Part shown: positions 9,701 to 18,339 of the stretch, in pieces | Position numbering within the stretch: position 1 is the stretch's first letter | How the letters are laid out: each line of letters starts with the position of its first letter | NCBI GenBank assembly: GCA_964372275.1 | Contig: CAYJRR010000039.1 | Span: 1-35,047 of the forward strand | Reading direction: 5' to 3' | Source: an uncultured bacterium | Lineage (GTDB): Bacteria > CAYJRR01 | DNA length: 35,047 bases | Translations under genes and position numbers: made by a program | The notes under the pieces: generated by a model | Databases searched by the model: none | Told to the model about the DNA's origin: nothing | What the model saw: the letters and a program-made list of their open reading frames with translations, nothing else

Positions 9701-9812
9701 GTGGGTCCTTGCGGACGGCGTTGACCTCGTTGCCGAGGTAGCGGGTCGGCTTCTCCACGCGGGGGAGGATCGCTTCGACGCGGCGGCGGATCTCGTCCGC
9801 GGACAGACTCAT
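6744..9812 (-). CDS. TIGR03960-family B12-binding-like radical SAM protein fused to a TIGR03936 (DUF2344) domain
   Basis: VEKPTRYLGNEVN, FPDLYEVGMS, the CxxxCxxC motif RGCTRACRFCQAG, FVPKPFTPFQW, a C-terminal Cys cluster CATGRCYDCGIC, then YLGHLD...YSRGFHPQPRLAFGPAL (DUF2344). GGAG RBS before ATG 9812. Confidence 0.93.
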   Translation of the reverse strand: MSLSADEIRRRVEAILPRVEKPTRYLGNEVNAVRKDPREVDVRVALVFPDLYEVGMSWPGLQILYHLLNRSPGIAAERAYAVWHDMEREMRAHGVPAFSLETWTPLSAFDVVGFTLQYELCFTNLLNLLDLGGIPLRSSARRRGDPLILAGGPVAYNAEPIAEFLDAVVLGDGEEAFPEICETYRAWKKGSAPRAQLLRDLQRIAGVYVPAHHEIEYATGLAGTMAPILAIHPRENAPAAVRRRFVPDLNDVPFPTAPIVPLGKTVHDRLGIEVQRGCTRACRFCQAGYIYRPERQRSPEKVKQLVTESLKATGYDEVSLLSLSIGDYGCLEPLLGDLMGPQRANGIAVSLPSIRVDTLTEGIIEKIASGRKTGFTMAPEAGSARLRDVINKALSEEQIEFTADAVFKRGWSHVKFYYMIGIPSETDDDVMGIVRTARACQAIGRKYDKKADIHVSTSTFVPKPFTPFQWEPQIPRSEVFRKQAMLRDELKKTGLTYKWHDAKESLLEAVLSRGDRRLGAAVEIAWRNGARFDGWTESYREDVWLAAFEEAGVHPGWYAYRRIPVEEVLPWDHIDCGMEKAWFVKEYGWAFRGKYIPDCATGRCYDCGICDWEIVKNRTYVPVETMRYPQGVKPRGMGAHPVAVETAFTSQSEWLRPYGGIDVARMGKGGAAATAVPSATATSTCTPTGTGTASASDSDPATATDSASVTATATDTASASASVSAAAATATPTPTAASAPIARPTPAASGNRFRATEPRPAGRRPPVPPASLLPEIPSTRYRLRYTKEARAAYLGHLDTMELFTRALKRCGVTVDYSRGFHPQPRLAFGPALMTGAASRAEYVDVDCVPPLPDATLAERLTAQLPDGMRVVAAEVVDKSISSLGRSIVAQTFEVAPRFDAALPAPGELRRAVERFLAAERVEVESLRRPAPAGQGRRADARAERDGGEAPRTTDVRPSVVGAWVTERGDLAFELVASSEHATAKPTDVVRGVLGPASALDRLVLTKVSARFGPSGVKTPRGR
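7600..7805. repeat. Degenerate hexanucleotide tandem repeat (GCCGAA/GCCGTA/TCCGTA-like) inside the radical SAM inter-domain linker
   Basis: 6-nt periodicity gives alternating dipeptides in several frames (ATATDSASVT / AEAEAVSVAV / GFGYGYGF). Confidence 0.8.
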
Positions 9813-9954
9813 CGGGTGCTCCATCTTCGGTGAACACGGTCCGGAAGACCCGTGCGCGGGGTTCGAACCCGCGGGTGCGCAACCGAGGAAGACTGGCAGG
9901 CGGGGGGGCGCGACGCAAGCCCCGGTGTCAGGAGGCGAACGGCACGGGGCGAAC

Positions 9955-10065
9955 GGAAATGGAAAATGGAAAATGGACAATGGAAAACCGGCCAATGAGC
10001 ACCCGGAGACCCGGCGTCCGGCGTTCACCGGTTTTCCATTTTCAATTTTCCATTTTCCATTTTCC
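9955..10065. repeat. AT-rich inverted repeat built from GGAAAAT heptamers
   Basis: The left arm 9955-9991 (GGAAAT GGAAAAT GGAAAAT GGACAAT GGAAAACCGG) pairs with the right arm 10028-10065 with 2 mismatches and 1 gap, around a 36-nt GC-rich loop. Confidence 0.95.
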
Positions 10066-10095
10066 TCAGAACCTTGGTCTATCCTCGCGGGAACG

Positions 10096-11583
10096 ATGCG
10101 CCGACGCGGAGCTCTGTGGATCGCCTTCGGCTTGGTGTTCTCCTGCGCGGCCTTCGCGCCGCTCCGGGGGGCGGCGGCCGCGGAGCGGGTCTGCGCCGTA
10201 GTGGTGGCGGCCGGCGAAGCGCCGGCCGCGTCGCGGATGGCCGCGCGCGCCGGACTCCGGGCCGGACTGATCGCCGCCGGAATGGAGATGCTCGAGGGGG
10301 CTTCGGTCCTCTCGGACGTACTGTCCTACCTCGATCCCAAGACAGGCGCTTGCGACCTCGCCTGCGAGCAGCGAATGCGCCGCAAGGTGAATCTCGACCG
10401 GATGACGTCGGACAAGCTGGTGCTCGGCCGGATTTCGGTCGTCGGATCGCAGTTCCTCCTGCGGATCTCGTCGGAGGACCGGACGATCTCGGCCGCGGGA
10501 CCGGTCGATTCGCTGGAGGAGGCGGCGACGCGCCTGGCGCCGCGTCTGTTCGCGACGCACGGATGGATCGTCGTCGGCGACGGCGCGCCGGAACGGCAGG
10601 ACGAGTGGTTCGTCGACGGAGCGAAGGTGCTTCCGGACGGGAGCGGGGCGGTGCAGGTCGTCCCCGGGACGCATGTCGTGCGACGTGGCGACGGCACGGC
10701 GCCGGGGAGCGTCCGGCGGCTGGAGATCCCGGCGGGGGAGCGGATCCCGGTGCCGAGCGCCGCGGCGCCGGCGGGCGAGCGGATCCCGCTCGAGGCGCCG
10801 GAGGGCGAGCGGGCCGAGGCTGCCGATCTGCCGCCCTGGTCGCACGCGGCCGACCGCGCGGCGCCCGGCGCGCTCGCGGCGCACGTCGGCGTGAGCGCCC
10901 TCTCGCGCCGCCGGGCGGTCGACGGGTCCGGTGGTGCGGGGTTCGACGCGGGCTTCACCGGCGCCGGTCCTTCGGCGCGCGTGGAGATCGCGCACGGGCC
11001 GTGGCGGAACTCGGTCGAGGGGGCGTGGCTCGACTTCGGCGGCTCGCGCGCGCACTTCGACCCCGGAGACGGCGATCCGGTCTCGGCCGGCGGTGGATCG
11101 ACGTGGCTCGTCCGGGTCGCCGCCGACCGTCGGTTCGGAGCGGGCGGCACGATGGAGCTCGCCCCCTGGCTCGGCCTCGGATACGAGCGCCACTCCGCCG
11201 ACGATCCGGTGGGCGCAGAAGGGCCGATGAAACTCCTTCCCTCCCATCGCCGCCTCGCCGTCGAGGCCGGGGGGGCGATGCGGATCGCCATCGGCCCGGT
11301 CGCCGCGTCGATCTCCGCCGGCGCCGTGCCGTGGAGCACGTTGACCGAATCGCCGTCGGGGACCAGCGGCCGCGAACCGCGGCCGGCGCTCGGGTTCGTG
11401 TGGGGCGGTGGGATCGACGTGGGGGCCGGCGGGCGGTGGTCGATCGTCGTTCGGTACGCGGGGGAACGTCGGTTCGTCCGCTTCCGCGGGGACGCCGCCG
11501 CCTCGATCGAACCTCCGATCGAGGAGGCGACCGTCGTCGAGACGCTGCACGGCGTCGCCGTCTCCGTCGGACGGGGATTCTAG
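10096..11583 (+). CDS. Secreted/outer-membrane protein: N-terminal alpha/beta domain, PEGA-like domain, C-terminal beta-barrel
   Basis: Signal peptide; ACDLAC...LVLGRISVVGSQF; FVDG...VPGTHVV (PEGA-like); alternating amphipathic strands ending in a terminal Phe (VSVGRGF). Confidence 0.65.
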   Translation: MRRRGALWIAFGLVFSCAAFAPLRGAAAAERVCAVVVAAGEAPAASRMAARAGLRAGLIAAGMEMLEGASVLSDVLSYLDPKTGACDLACEQRMRRKVNLDRMTSDKLVLGRISVVGSQFLLRISSEDRTISAAGPVDSLEEAATRLAPRLFATHGWIVVGDGAPERQDEWFVDGAKVLPDGSGAVQVVPGTHVVRRGDGTAPGSVRRLEIPAGERIPVPSAAAPAGERIPLEAPEGERAEAADLPPWSHAADRAAPGALAAHVGVSALSRRRAVDGSGGAGFDAGFTGAGPSARVEIAHGPWRNSVEGAWLDFGGSRAHFDPGDGDPVSAGGGSTWLVRVAADRRFGAGGTMELAPWLGLGYERHSADDPVGAEGPMKLLPSHRRLAVEAGGAMRIAIGPVAASISAGAVPWSTLTESPSGTSGREPRPALGFVWGGGIDVGAGGRWSIVVRYAGERRFVRFRGDAAASIEPPIEEATVVETLHGVAVSVGRGF

Positions 11584-11584
11584 A

Positions 11585-12409
11585 ATGCGCGCGCCGCTCC
11601 CGTCGGACCGGTCCCGGCGGTTGCCGGCCGTCTACCTGCCACACGGCGGTGGACCGTGGCCGTTCGTCGACGTCGGGTTCGGAGAGCGGTCCGAGCTCGA
11701 CGCGCTCGCCGCCTACCTGCGCTCGGTGGCGACGATCCCGGCGGAGCCCCCGGCGGCCCTGCTCGTCGTCTCCGCCCACTGGGAAGAGCGGCTCCCGACG
11801 GTGACCACCGCCGAGTGGCCGGCGTTGTTCTTCGACTATTACGGGTTCCCGCCGGAAGCCTACCGTCTCACCTGGCCGGCCCCCGGCAGCCCGCCGCTCG
11901 CGGCGCGCGTGCGGGCGTTGCTGTCGGACGCGGGGATCGAGTCGGCGGAGGACGGCCGGCGAGGCTACGACCACGGCACCTTCGTCCCGCTCACGCTCGC
12001 CTATCCCCGGGCCGACGTGCCGGTGGTGCAGCTGTCGCTGGTGCGCGGACTCGATCCGCGACGGCATCTGGAGATCGGGCGCGCGCTGCGACGGCTCCGG
12101 GAGGAGGGGATCTTCGTCATCGGCAGCGGGATGAGCTTCCACGACCTGCGGGGGTTCGGCCCACGCGGGCGCGCCGCCTCCGAGGCGTTCGACGCGTGGC
12201 TCGGAGAGACGGTGACGCTCGACGAGGCGACGCGGGCGGGCCGATTGGAGAGCTGGTCCGACGCGCCGTCGGCGCGCGCCGCGCATCCGCGCGAGGAGCA
12301 CCTCCTTCCGCTGATGGCCGCCGCCGGCGCGGCCGGCGACGATCCCGGGCGGGTCGACTACAACGGTCTGCTGATGGGCGTGCGGATCTCGGCCGTCCGC
12401 TTCGGCTGA
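11585..12409 (+). CDS. DODA-type (LigB/YgiD family) extradiol ring-cleavage dioxygenase
   Basis: Motifs PHGGGP, VSAHWE, YYGFP, DHGTFVPL, PVVQLSL, GSGMSFHDL and HPREEHLLPL. Confidence 0.93.
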   Translation: MRAPLPSDRSRRLPAVYLPHGGGPWPFVDVGFGERSELDALAAYLRSVATIPAEPPAALLVVSAHWEERLPTVTTAEWPALFFDYYGFPPEAYRLTWPAPGSPPLAARVRALLSDAGIESAEDGRRGYDHGTFVPLTLAYPRADVPVVQLSLVRGLDPRRHLEIGRALRRLREEGIFVIGSGMSFHDLRGFGPRGRAASEAFDAWLGETVTLDEATRAGRLESWSDAPSARAAHPREEHLLPLMAAAGAAGDDPGRVDYNGLLMGVRISAVRFG

Positions 12410-12430
12410 CGTGCGGCGCGCCGGGACGCG

Positions 12431-13714
12431 CTATTGCATCCGGCAGCCGGTCGATCGTCGCGGCGCGCGGGCTCCGTCGGAGACCCGACCCGTCGCGGCG
12501 ATCGCCGGTTTCGAGGCCGGCGGGGCGGCGGGTGCGGACACGGTCGCGGTGGCGGGAGCAGGCGAGGGAGCAGGCGCGGCGACGGCTGCGGGCGCGGGCG
12601 CCGGTGCCGGCGCGGCCGGCTCGGCCGCCGCGGCGGGGGCGGGCGGCGGAGCCGGCGGCGCGTCGCCGGTCGCGGGGCGGAGCGTCTGCGCGACGCCGCG
12701 CAGCAGGTCGATCCGCTTCGCGTCGCGCCCGAGGACGATCGCGTGGACCTGCGTCTTTCCCCCCTCGACCAGAGGGACGATCGCTTCGAAGGTCGTCTTC
12801 GGCGCCGACCGGCCGCTGGTCCAGCGGTGCCACTGGATCGGGCGACCGAGCAACGTTCCGTCGACCATCGCCGGCTCGGCGGCGAGCTTCTGGTGCACGT
12901 AGGTCGGCTGCCCCCCGACCTGCACCGACATCGACGGCGCGGTGATTCCCAGCGGAGGAAGCAGGTGCACGCGGGCGATGACGTAGTCGGTGCCGTGCTC
13001 GACGACGAAGGCGGTCCCCGCCGGAACCGCCAGCTCCAGTGCCTCGCCTGCGGGGCCTTCGAACCGGCGGGTTCCGGCGCGCCGGTCGAGCCCCTTTCCA
13101 CCCGGCACGACGGTCGCGAAGATCGCCTCGACCAGTGCGCCGACGGCGTCGAGCTTTCGCGCGGCCGCCGCGTCCGCCGTCGCTTCGAGGTACTGGACCG
13201 TTCCGTCGGGAGAGGCGACGAACAGGCCGCGAACGAACGTGCCGGTCGGGCTGGTCGCCGGCGCGTTCGGCCGGACGGCGACGGCGCGCATCTTCGTGCC
13301 GGGATCGGCCGGCGGAAATTCGGTGATTGAGTACTCCTTCGCCGCGTCGGCGCTCCATTCTCCCACCGCGGCAGTGACGGCGGCGGCGAAGTTGGTGCCG
13401 GCCAGAGCGAACCGCTCGTGGGCGCGGATCTCCAGCCGCTCCTGGGCGACGTCGACCAGGATCCGGGTCTCGTCGGTGCGCGGCTTCGCCAGCGTGCTAC
13501 GCGGGTCCTTGGGGTCGATCGCCGCCCGTTCCGGCAGGCGCAGACGAAGCCGTCCGTCGAGGATCTCGACCGCCGCCTCGGCGAGCGGGAGATCGCCCAG
13601 CGTCGACGGGGCCTTCTTCTTTGCCCAGACCGGTCCGGCGAAGGAGGCGGCGGCGATCGCGAATCCCGCCGAGAGGGCGACCGCCGAGTGCGGGAACCGG
13701 GGCGCGCGCCTCAT
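12431..13714 (-). CDS. Secreted hypothetical protein with Pro/Ala-rich C-terminal tail
   Basis: ATGA overlap with the kinase stop; signal peptide (AVALSAGFAIAAASFAGPVWA); globular-looking core followed by APAPAPA repeats. Confidence 0.7.
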   Translation of the reverse strand: MRRAPRFPHSAVALSAGFAIAAASFAGPVWAKKKAPSTLGDLPLAEAAVEILDGRLRLRLPERAAIDPKDPRSTLAKPRTDETRILVDVAQERLEIRAHERFALAGTNFAAAVTAAVGEWSADAAKEYSITEFPPADPGTKMRAVAVRPNAPATSPTGTFVRGLFVASPDGTVQYLEATADAAAARKLDAVGALVEAIFATVVPGGKGLDRRAGTRRFEGPAGEALELAVPAGTAFVVEHGTDYVIARVHLLPPLGITAPSMSVQVGGQPTYVHQKLAAEPAMVDGTLLGRPIQWHRWTSGRSAPKTTFEAIVPLVEGGKTQVHAIVLGRDAKRIDLLRGVAQTLRPATGDAPPAPPPAPAAAAEPAAPAPAPAPAAVAAPAPSPAPATATVSAPAAPPASKPAIAATGRVSDGARAPRRSTGCRMQ

Positions 13715-15564
13715 CGCGAGATCCGCGTCGACTTGGTGACGGTCTGGTTGGGGATCACGTCGATCCCGAACACCACGCTGAACTCGTCGGAGCCCCCTTC
13801 CACGAGCACTTCATAGTATCCACCGGGAAGCTGGTAGTACGGCTGCGGCAGCGGTGGATAGCGCTTTCCGTTGATCGTCACCCGGTCCCCGTCGCGTCCC
13901 TGGATCACCAGCCGGCCGGTCGCCGTCGGGATCGCCGCTGTCCGGGCCGGGCGACCGCTGCCGCGAGGGAGGAGGGACCAGGCGAGCCACACCCCGAGCA
14001 CCGCCACCAGCGCGAGGACCAGTGCGATGACGGTGGGATCGGCCCCGACGCGCGTTCGCCGTCCCCGCCCTCTCGCCTCCGGCGCGCGCCCCTTCGGCCC
14101 GGCGTCGCGCTCCTTCGGCTCCGCCTCGCGCGGTTTCGGCTCGGCCTGGTGGATCGGTTCGTCGCGGGAGGTCGGTTCGTCGGCGCCAGCCGGCGCGGCG
14201 GCGGCGCGGACGGCGCCCATCGCCGCGGTGACCTCCGCCGGCTCGGGCGGGCGGTCGGTAGCGATCCTCCGCTTCCGCACGCTGCCCGCCGTCCGCGGCT
14301 CCTCCTCCGGCTCGGAACGCACGCGCGTCGGTTCCGGCCGCGCCGCGGCGCGTGGCTCCGTCGCTTCGGCCGCCGCGCCCGGGGCCGTCCGCTCCACCGT
14401 CGGATCGGCGATCGACCCCGTCACCGGACCCGAGACCCCGAGACCGCCGACGGTGGAGACGTCGAACGCGGCGACCCCGCTTTCGCGCGTGCCGCTCACC
14501 GGATCGAGGAGGATGGTGCCGGTCTCCGAGACGAAGACCGGCATCCCGTCCTTCTCCACCACGCGCCGGATGCGGGTGACCTCGCCGGATCCTTTCGACG
14601 CCTCGGGCAGGCGCCGAATCGTCGTCTTCTCGTGCGGACTCGACGTCCTCTCCAACTCGGGGAAGAGGGAGAGGAGCTGCTCGGCGAGCGCCCCGGAGGT
14701 GGCGCGCAAGCCGTTCTGCACAGCATACGTCTCCAGCTCGCGCTGCAGGTCGTTGCCGCGCGCGAAACGCTCCTTCGGATCGCGCGCCAGGAGCCGCCCA
14801 ACGATCCGGTCGATCCCCGCCGGAACGGAGGCGATCTCTGACATCGGACGCGGCCGGCAGGCGCGGACCGCGTCGAGGATGTCGAGGTCGGTCCGACCGT
14901 CGAAGGCGGGCGAGCCGGTCAACATCTCGTAGAGCACCACGCCGAGCGAGAACAGGTCGCTCCGGCCGTCGAGGGGCAGGCTGTCGGCCTGCTCGGGGGA
15001 CATGTAGCGGACCTTGCCGCGGACGATCGCGCCGCGCGTGAGATCGGCGCGGGTCCGGAACTTGGCGATGCCGAAGTCCCCGATCTTCACCGCCCCTTCA
15101 GTGGAGAGGAGCAGGTTCTGAGGCGAGACGTCGCGGTGGACCAGGCCGATCGGCCTCCCGTCCGAGCCGGTGAGCCGATGGGCGTGGTCGAGGCCTTTCG
15201 CCACCTCTCCGATCACGAACAGCACTACTTCGGCGGGAAGGCGGCGCTCGTCCTGGCGGGTGCGCGACAGCACTTCGGCCAGATCCTTCCCGCGCACCAA
15301 CTCCATCGCGAGGAAGTAGCGGTCGTCCGCCTGTCCGAAGTCGAAGACCTGGACGACGTTCGGATGGTTGAGGCGCATCGCGATGCGCGCCTCGTCGATG
15401 AACATGGCGCGGAAGCTCGGGTCCCGGCTGTGCTCCTCGAGGATCCGCTTGATCACCAGCGGCTTCTCGACGCCGTGCTCGGCGATCGCCACCGCCTCGT
15501 AGACCTCGGCCATACCGCCCACGCCGAGGCGACGACGCAGCTCGTATCGGCCAAACTGCTCCAT
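13711..15564 (-). CDS. Hanks-type Ser/Thr protein kinase with one TM helix and a short C-terminal PEGA-like domain
   Basis: LGVGGMAEVY, VIKRI, HRDVSPQN, DFGIAK, GKVRYMSPEQ and DLFSLG motifs; TM VIALVLALVAVLGVWLAW; C-terminal VTINGK...LPGGYYEV. Confidence 0.95.
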   Translation of the reverse strand: MEQFGRYELRRRLGVGGMAEVYEAVAIAEHGVEKPLVIKRILEEHSRDPSFRAMFIDEARIAMRLNHPNVVQVFDFGQADDRYFLAMELVRGKDLAEVLSRTRQDERRLPAEVVLFVIGEVAKGLDHAHRLTGSDGRPIGLVHRDVSPQNLLLSTEGAVKIGDFGIAKFRTRADLTRGAIVRGKVRYMSPEQADSLPLDGRSDLFSLGVVLYEMLTGSPAFDGRTDLDILDAVRACRPRPMSEIASVPAGIDRIVGRLLARDPKERFARGNDLQRELETYAVQNGLRATSGALAEQLLSLFPELERTSSPHEKTTIRRLPEASKGSGEVTRIRRVVEKDGMPVFVSETGTILLDPVSGTRESGVAAFDVSTVGGLGVSGPVTGSIADPTVERTAPGAAAEATEPRAAARPEPTRVRSEPEEEPRTAGSVRKRRIATDRPPEPAEVTAAMGAVRAAAAPAGADEPTSRDEPIHQAEPKPREAEPKERDAGPKGRAPEARGRGRRTRVGADPTVIALVLALVAVLGVWLAWSLLPRGSGRPARTAAIPTATGRLVIQGRDGDRVTINGKRYPPLPQPYYQLPGGYYEVLVEGGSDEFSVVFGIDVIPNQTVTKSTRISR

Positions 15565-15626
15565 CGAGCGTTCGCCTCGGTATTGTACCCGCGACCCCGA
15601 CGTCCGGCTTGGTATCGTATCGGCCC

Positions 15627-16412
15627 GTGATCCCCGCGCGCGAAGAAGACCTCCGACTCTTCGGCAGCCTGCGAGGGAGCCGGTGCCCTCCGGGGCGGTT
15701 CATCGGCGACGGCGAGCGGGTCGTCCGGCGGATGCTTGCAGCCGGGCGGGTGGAACGGATCCTCTGCGCGCCGGAGTGGCCCGAGCGGCTCGCGATCCCG
15801 CCGGAGGTCGAGGTGCGAATCGCCGACCACCGCGAGCTCGAGCGGATCGTCGGCTACCGACTGCACAGCGGGGTGATGGCGATGGGGCCGATCCCGGCTC
15901 CGACGCCGATCGCGGGCGGCCTGCTGGTCGCTCTCGACGGATTGGCCAACGCCGAGAACGTGGGGACCGTGATGCGCTGCTGCGCGGCGTTCGGCGTGGA
16001 CGGGGTGCTGGTCGGTCCGGGGACGACCTCTCCGTGGATCCGGCGCGCGGTCCGCGTCTCGGTCGGCGCGCCGCTCGCGGTTCCGGTGCACGAGGTCGAC
16101 GATCTCGCCGCCGCGTGCTCGGCTCGAAACGCGTGGGCGGCGCACATCCACGGCTCGCGTCTCGACTACCGGGAGGTCGACCTGACGGAGCCGGTCTGCC
16201 TGGTCCTGGGGAGCGAGGCGAACGGCGTGAGCGAGCGGGTACTCGCCGCGTGCCGCGGCACCCTCTACATCCCGATGGCGGCGGGCTGGGACTGCCTGAA
16301 CGTCGGCTCCAGCGCGGCGGTCCTCCTGGCCGAGGTGGGACGCCAGCGCGTCGCACGCGGGGCGGATCGACCGCGCGCCGCCGCGAGCCGCGAGGACGGC
16401 CGTACGTGCTGA
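15627..16412 (+). CDS. TrmH/SpoU family RNA methyltransferase
   Basis: SPOUT motifs NAENVGTVMR, LVLGSEANGVS and IPMAAGWDCLNVGSS. GTG start follows a TATCGT box. Confidence 0.92.
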   Translation: MIPAREEDLRLFGSLRGSRCPPGRFIGDGERVVRRMLAAGRVERILCAPEWPERLAIPPEVEVRIADHRELERIVGYRLHSGVMAMGPIPAPTPIAGGLLVALDGLANAENVGTVMRCCAAFGVDGVLVGPGTTSPWIRRAVRVSVGAPLAVPVHEVDDLAAACSARNAWAAHIHGSRLDYREVDLTEPVCLVLGSEANGVSERVLAACRGTLYIPMAAGWDCLNVGSSAAVLLAEVGRQRVARGADRPRAAASREDGRTC

Positions 16413-18337
16413 GCGTCGTGTCGCGCTGGAGGCGGGCGCCGGAGCCGCCCGCGACACGGGTGGCCCTGCCATCCGCCGGCGGCGGACTCCTCCTCGCCGA
16501 CGAGCGTGGCACGGTGTGGCTCCTCGACGACGACGGACGTCCCCTGGGAAACCACCGGCCGGCCGATTCGCTGCGCGCCATCGCCGTCTGCGCGGCGGGC
16601 GGCGGCGGGTTCGTGTTGTCGGCGATCGACCTGGCGCGGCTGGGACCCGAGGGGACGGCGATGTGGAGGGAGCCGTCGCCGGCGTGGCCCCTCGACCTCG
16701 CGGCGAGTCGCGACGGAAAGCAGATCGCCGTCTCCGCGCGGGACGGAGTGGTCGCGCTCTTTTCGTGGTCGGGAAAGGTACTCTTCCGTGGGTCGGTGCC
16801 GCACAACGCCGATCACGCCGTACCCGCCTGCGGCCGGAGCGCGCTGGTGGTGGTCGGGGCCCGGGGCGAGGTGACTTGCCTCCCGGCGGTCCCGCCGGAG
16901 CGATCGGGCGCCGCAGCGGGCTGGCGCATCCGATTGGGTTGCACCGCCTCCCGCCCCGACGTCGCCGGCGATCAGGTCGTCGTCCCCAGCTTCGACGGGA
17001 TCCACCGCTTTTCGATCGGCGGCGAGCCGTCAGGCCTGATCGACCTCGGCCGGCCGTGCCTCCGCGCCTGCCTCACGGGCGACGGCGATCGACTCCTGGC
17101 GCTCGACACCGCCCCTCGCCTCGCGCTCCTGGAGACGGCGACCGGACGTACGCTGTGGACCCACCCGCTCGACGCCGTTCCCCGCGATCTGTCCCTCGCT
17201 CCCGACGGACGGGGGTTCGTCGTCGTCGATGCCGCCGGCGGGATCGAGCGCTACGACGTCCGCGAGGTGGCGGCGCGCGCGGCGGGGCCGGACGCCCGGT
17301 TCGTCGAGATCGGTTCCGGCTCCGGTCCGGAGCCGCGCCTCCGGTGGCGTGCGCGCGTCGCCGCGATCGACGCCGCGGAGCTCGCGTTCGGTTCCGGCGG
17401 CGAATCGGTCGCGTTGCTCGACCGGGCGCGCGGGGAGCTCTCGTGGTGGCGTGGCCCGGACGGGCCGGCCTGGTCCGACGTGCGGGTCGGCGTCGGCGCG
17501 CGTCTGGCGTCGGCGACCCGGGGCGATCTCCTGCTGACGTGGGGAGCCGGAGGGACGACCGTCCACTCGTCGGCGCGTCCGCGCATTGCCCACGTGGACG
17601 GCGATGCGCGGGCGGTGGCGGTCGCCGACGACGGCGCCTCCGCGTCGATCGCGGGACCGCTGGAACTGAGGTGGATCGATCCGGCCGGGCGGGCGATCTC
17701 CGGGCCGGCGGCGCGCGCGCTCACCATGCGGCTGCGCGGCTCGGCCGTCGCCTCGGTCTCGCTCGCGCCGGAGGGCGATCGAATCGCGGCCGCCGGTTTC
17801 GACGGCCGGCTGCACGTCGTCGACCGCGATGGCGCCGGCATCTCGGCCGAGCTTGGCGCGGAGGCGCTCGCGGCGTGGTTCGGCGATCGGACGATCGCCG
17901 CCACCCGCGACGGTCGGGTGGTGGCGGTCGACCGCGCGGGACGGATCGATTGCGAGCTTGCGATTCCGTCGCGGAGCGCGGCGACTGAGGTCTGGCGGAT
18001 CGGACCGGACCTCCTGGTGGCCGACGCCGCCGGACGGATCCACCGACTCGGCCGGGATCCTTGGTCGCTCGCCGCGCTTCCGCCCGGGCCGGCGGGGGGC
18101 CGCGCGTTCGCCGTGTCGATGGACCGCCTTCGGGAGTTTCGCTACGATTCGAGCCAAATCGCGTGCGTCGACGCGCTCTCGGGCGCCGTCCGGTGGAAGC
18201 GAGCCGTGGACGAAGCCCCGCAGTGCTTCGCCGTCACGCCGGACGGACGGAGCCTCGCGGCCCTCGTCTCCGGGGAGCTGGTCGTGTACGACCTGATTTC
18301 CGGCGACGCCGCACCCCCGAGGTTCCTCGAGCTCTAG
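16406..18337 (+). CDS. Cytoplasmic WD40/PQQ-like repeat protein, probably two beta-propellers
   Basis: GTG at 16406 overlaps the TrmH stop. Repeated blades (LAASRDGKQIAV, LSLAPDGRGFVV, VSLAPEGDRIAA, FAVTPDGRSLAA). No signal peptide. Confidence 0.75.
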   Translation: MLSVVSRWRRAPEPPATRVALPSAGGGLLLADERGTVWLLDDDGRPLGNHRPADSLRAIAVCAAGGGGFVLSAIDLARLGPEGTAMWREPSPAWPLDLAASRDGKQIAVSARDGVVALFSWSGKVLFRGSVPHNADHAVPACGRSALVVVGARGEVTCLPAVPPERSGAAAGWRIRLGCTASRPDVAGDQVVVPSFDGIHRFSIGGEPSGLIDLGRPCLRACLTGDGDRLLALDTAPRLALLETATGRTLWTHPLDAVPRDLSLAPDGRGFVVVDAAGGIERYDVREVAARAAGPDARFVEIGSGSGPEPRLRWRARVAAIDAAELAFGSGGESVALLDRARGELSWWRGPDGPAWSDVRVGVGARLASATRGDLLLTWGAGGTTVHSSARPRIAHVDGDARAVAVADDGASASIAGPLELRWIDPAGRAISGPAARALTMRLRGSAVASVSLAPEGDRIAAAGFDGRLHVVDRDGAGISAELGAEALAAWFGDRTIAATRDGRVVAVDRAGRIDCELAIPSRSAATEVWRIGPDLLVADAAGRIHRLGRDPWSLAALPPGPAGGRAFAVSMDRLREFRYDSSQIACVDALSGAVRWKRAVDEAPQCFAVTPDGRSLAALVSGELVVYDLISGDAAPPRFLEL

Positions 18338-18339
18338 GA

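Noticed and set aside
9955..10065. Possible CRISPR array
   Set aside because: Units are 7-nt tandem repeats with no unique spacers, and no cas genes are present.
9925..10095. N-terminal extensions of the ORFs 9925-11583 and 6744-10028 (GKWKMDNGK / FSIFHFPF)
   Set aside because: These are translations of the non-coding heptamer repeat; better starts exist at 10096 and 9812.
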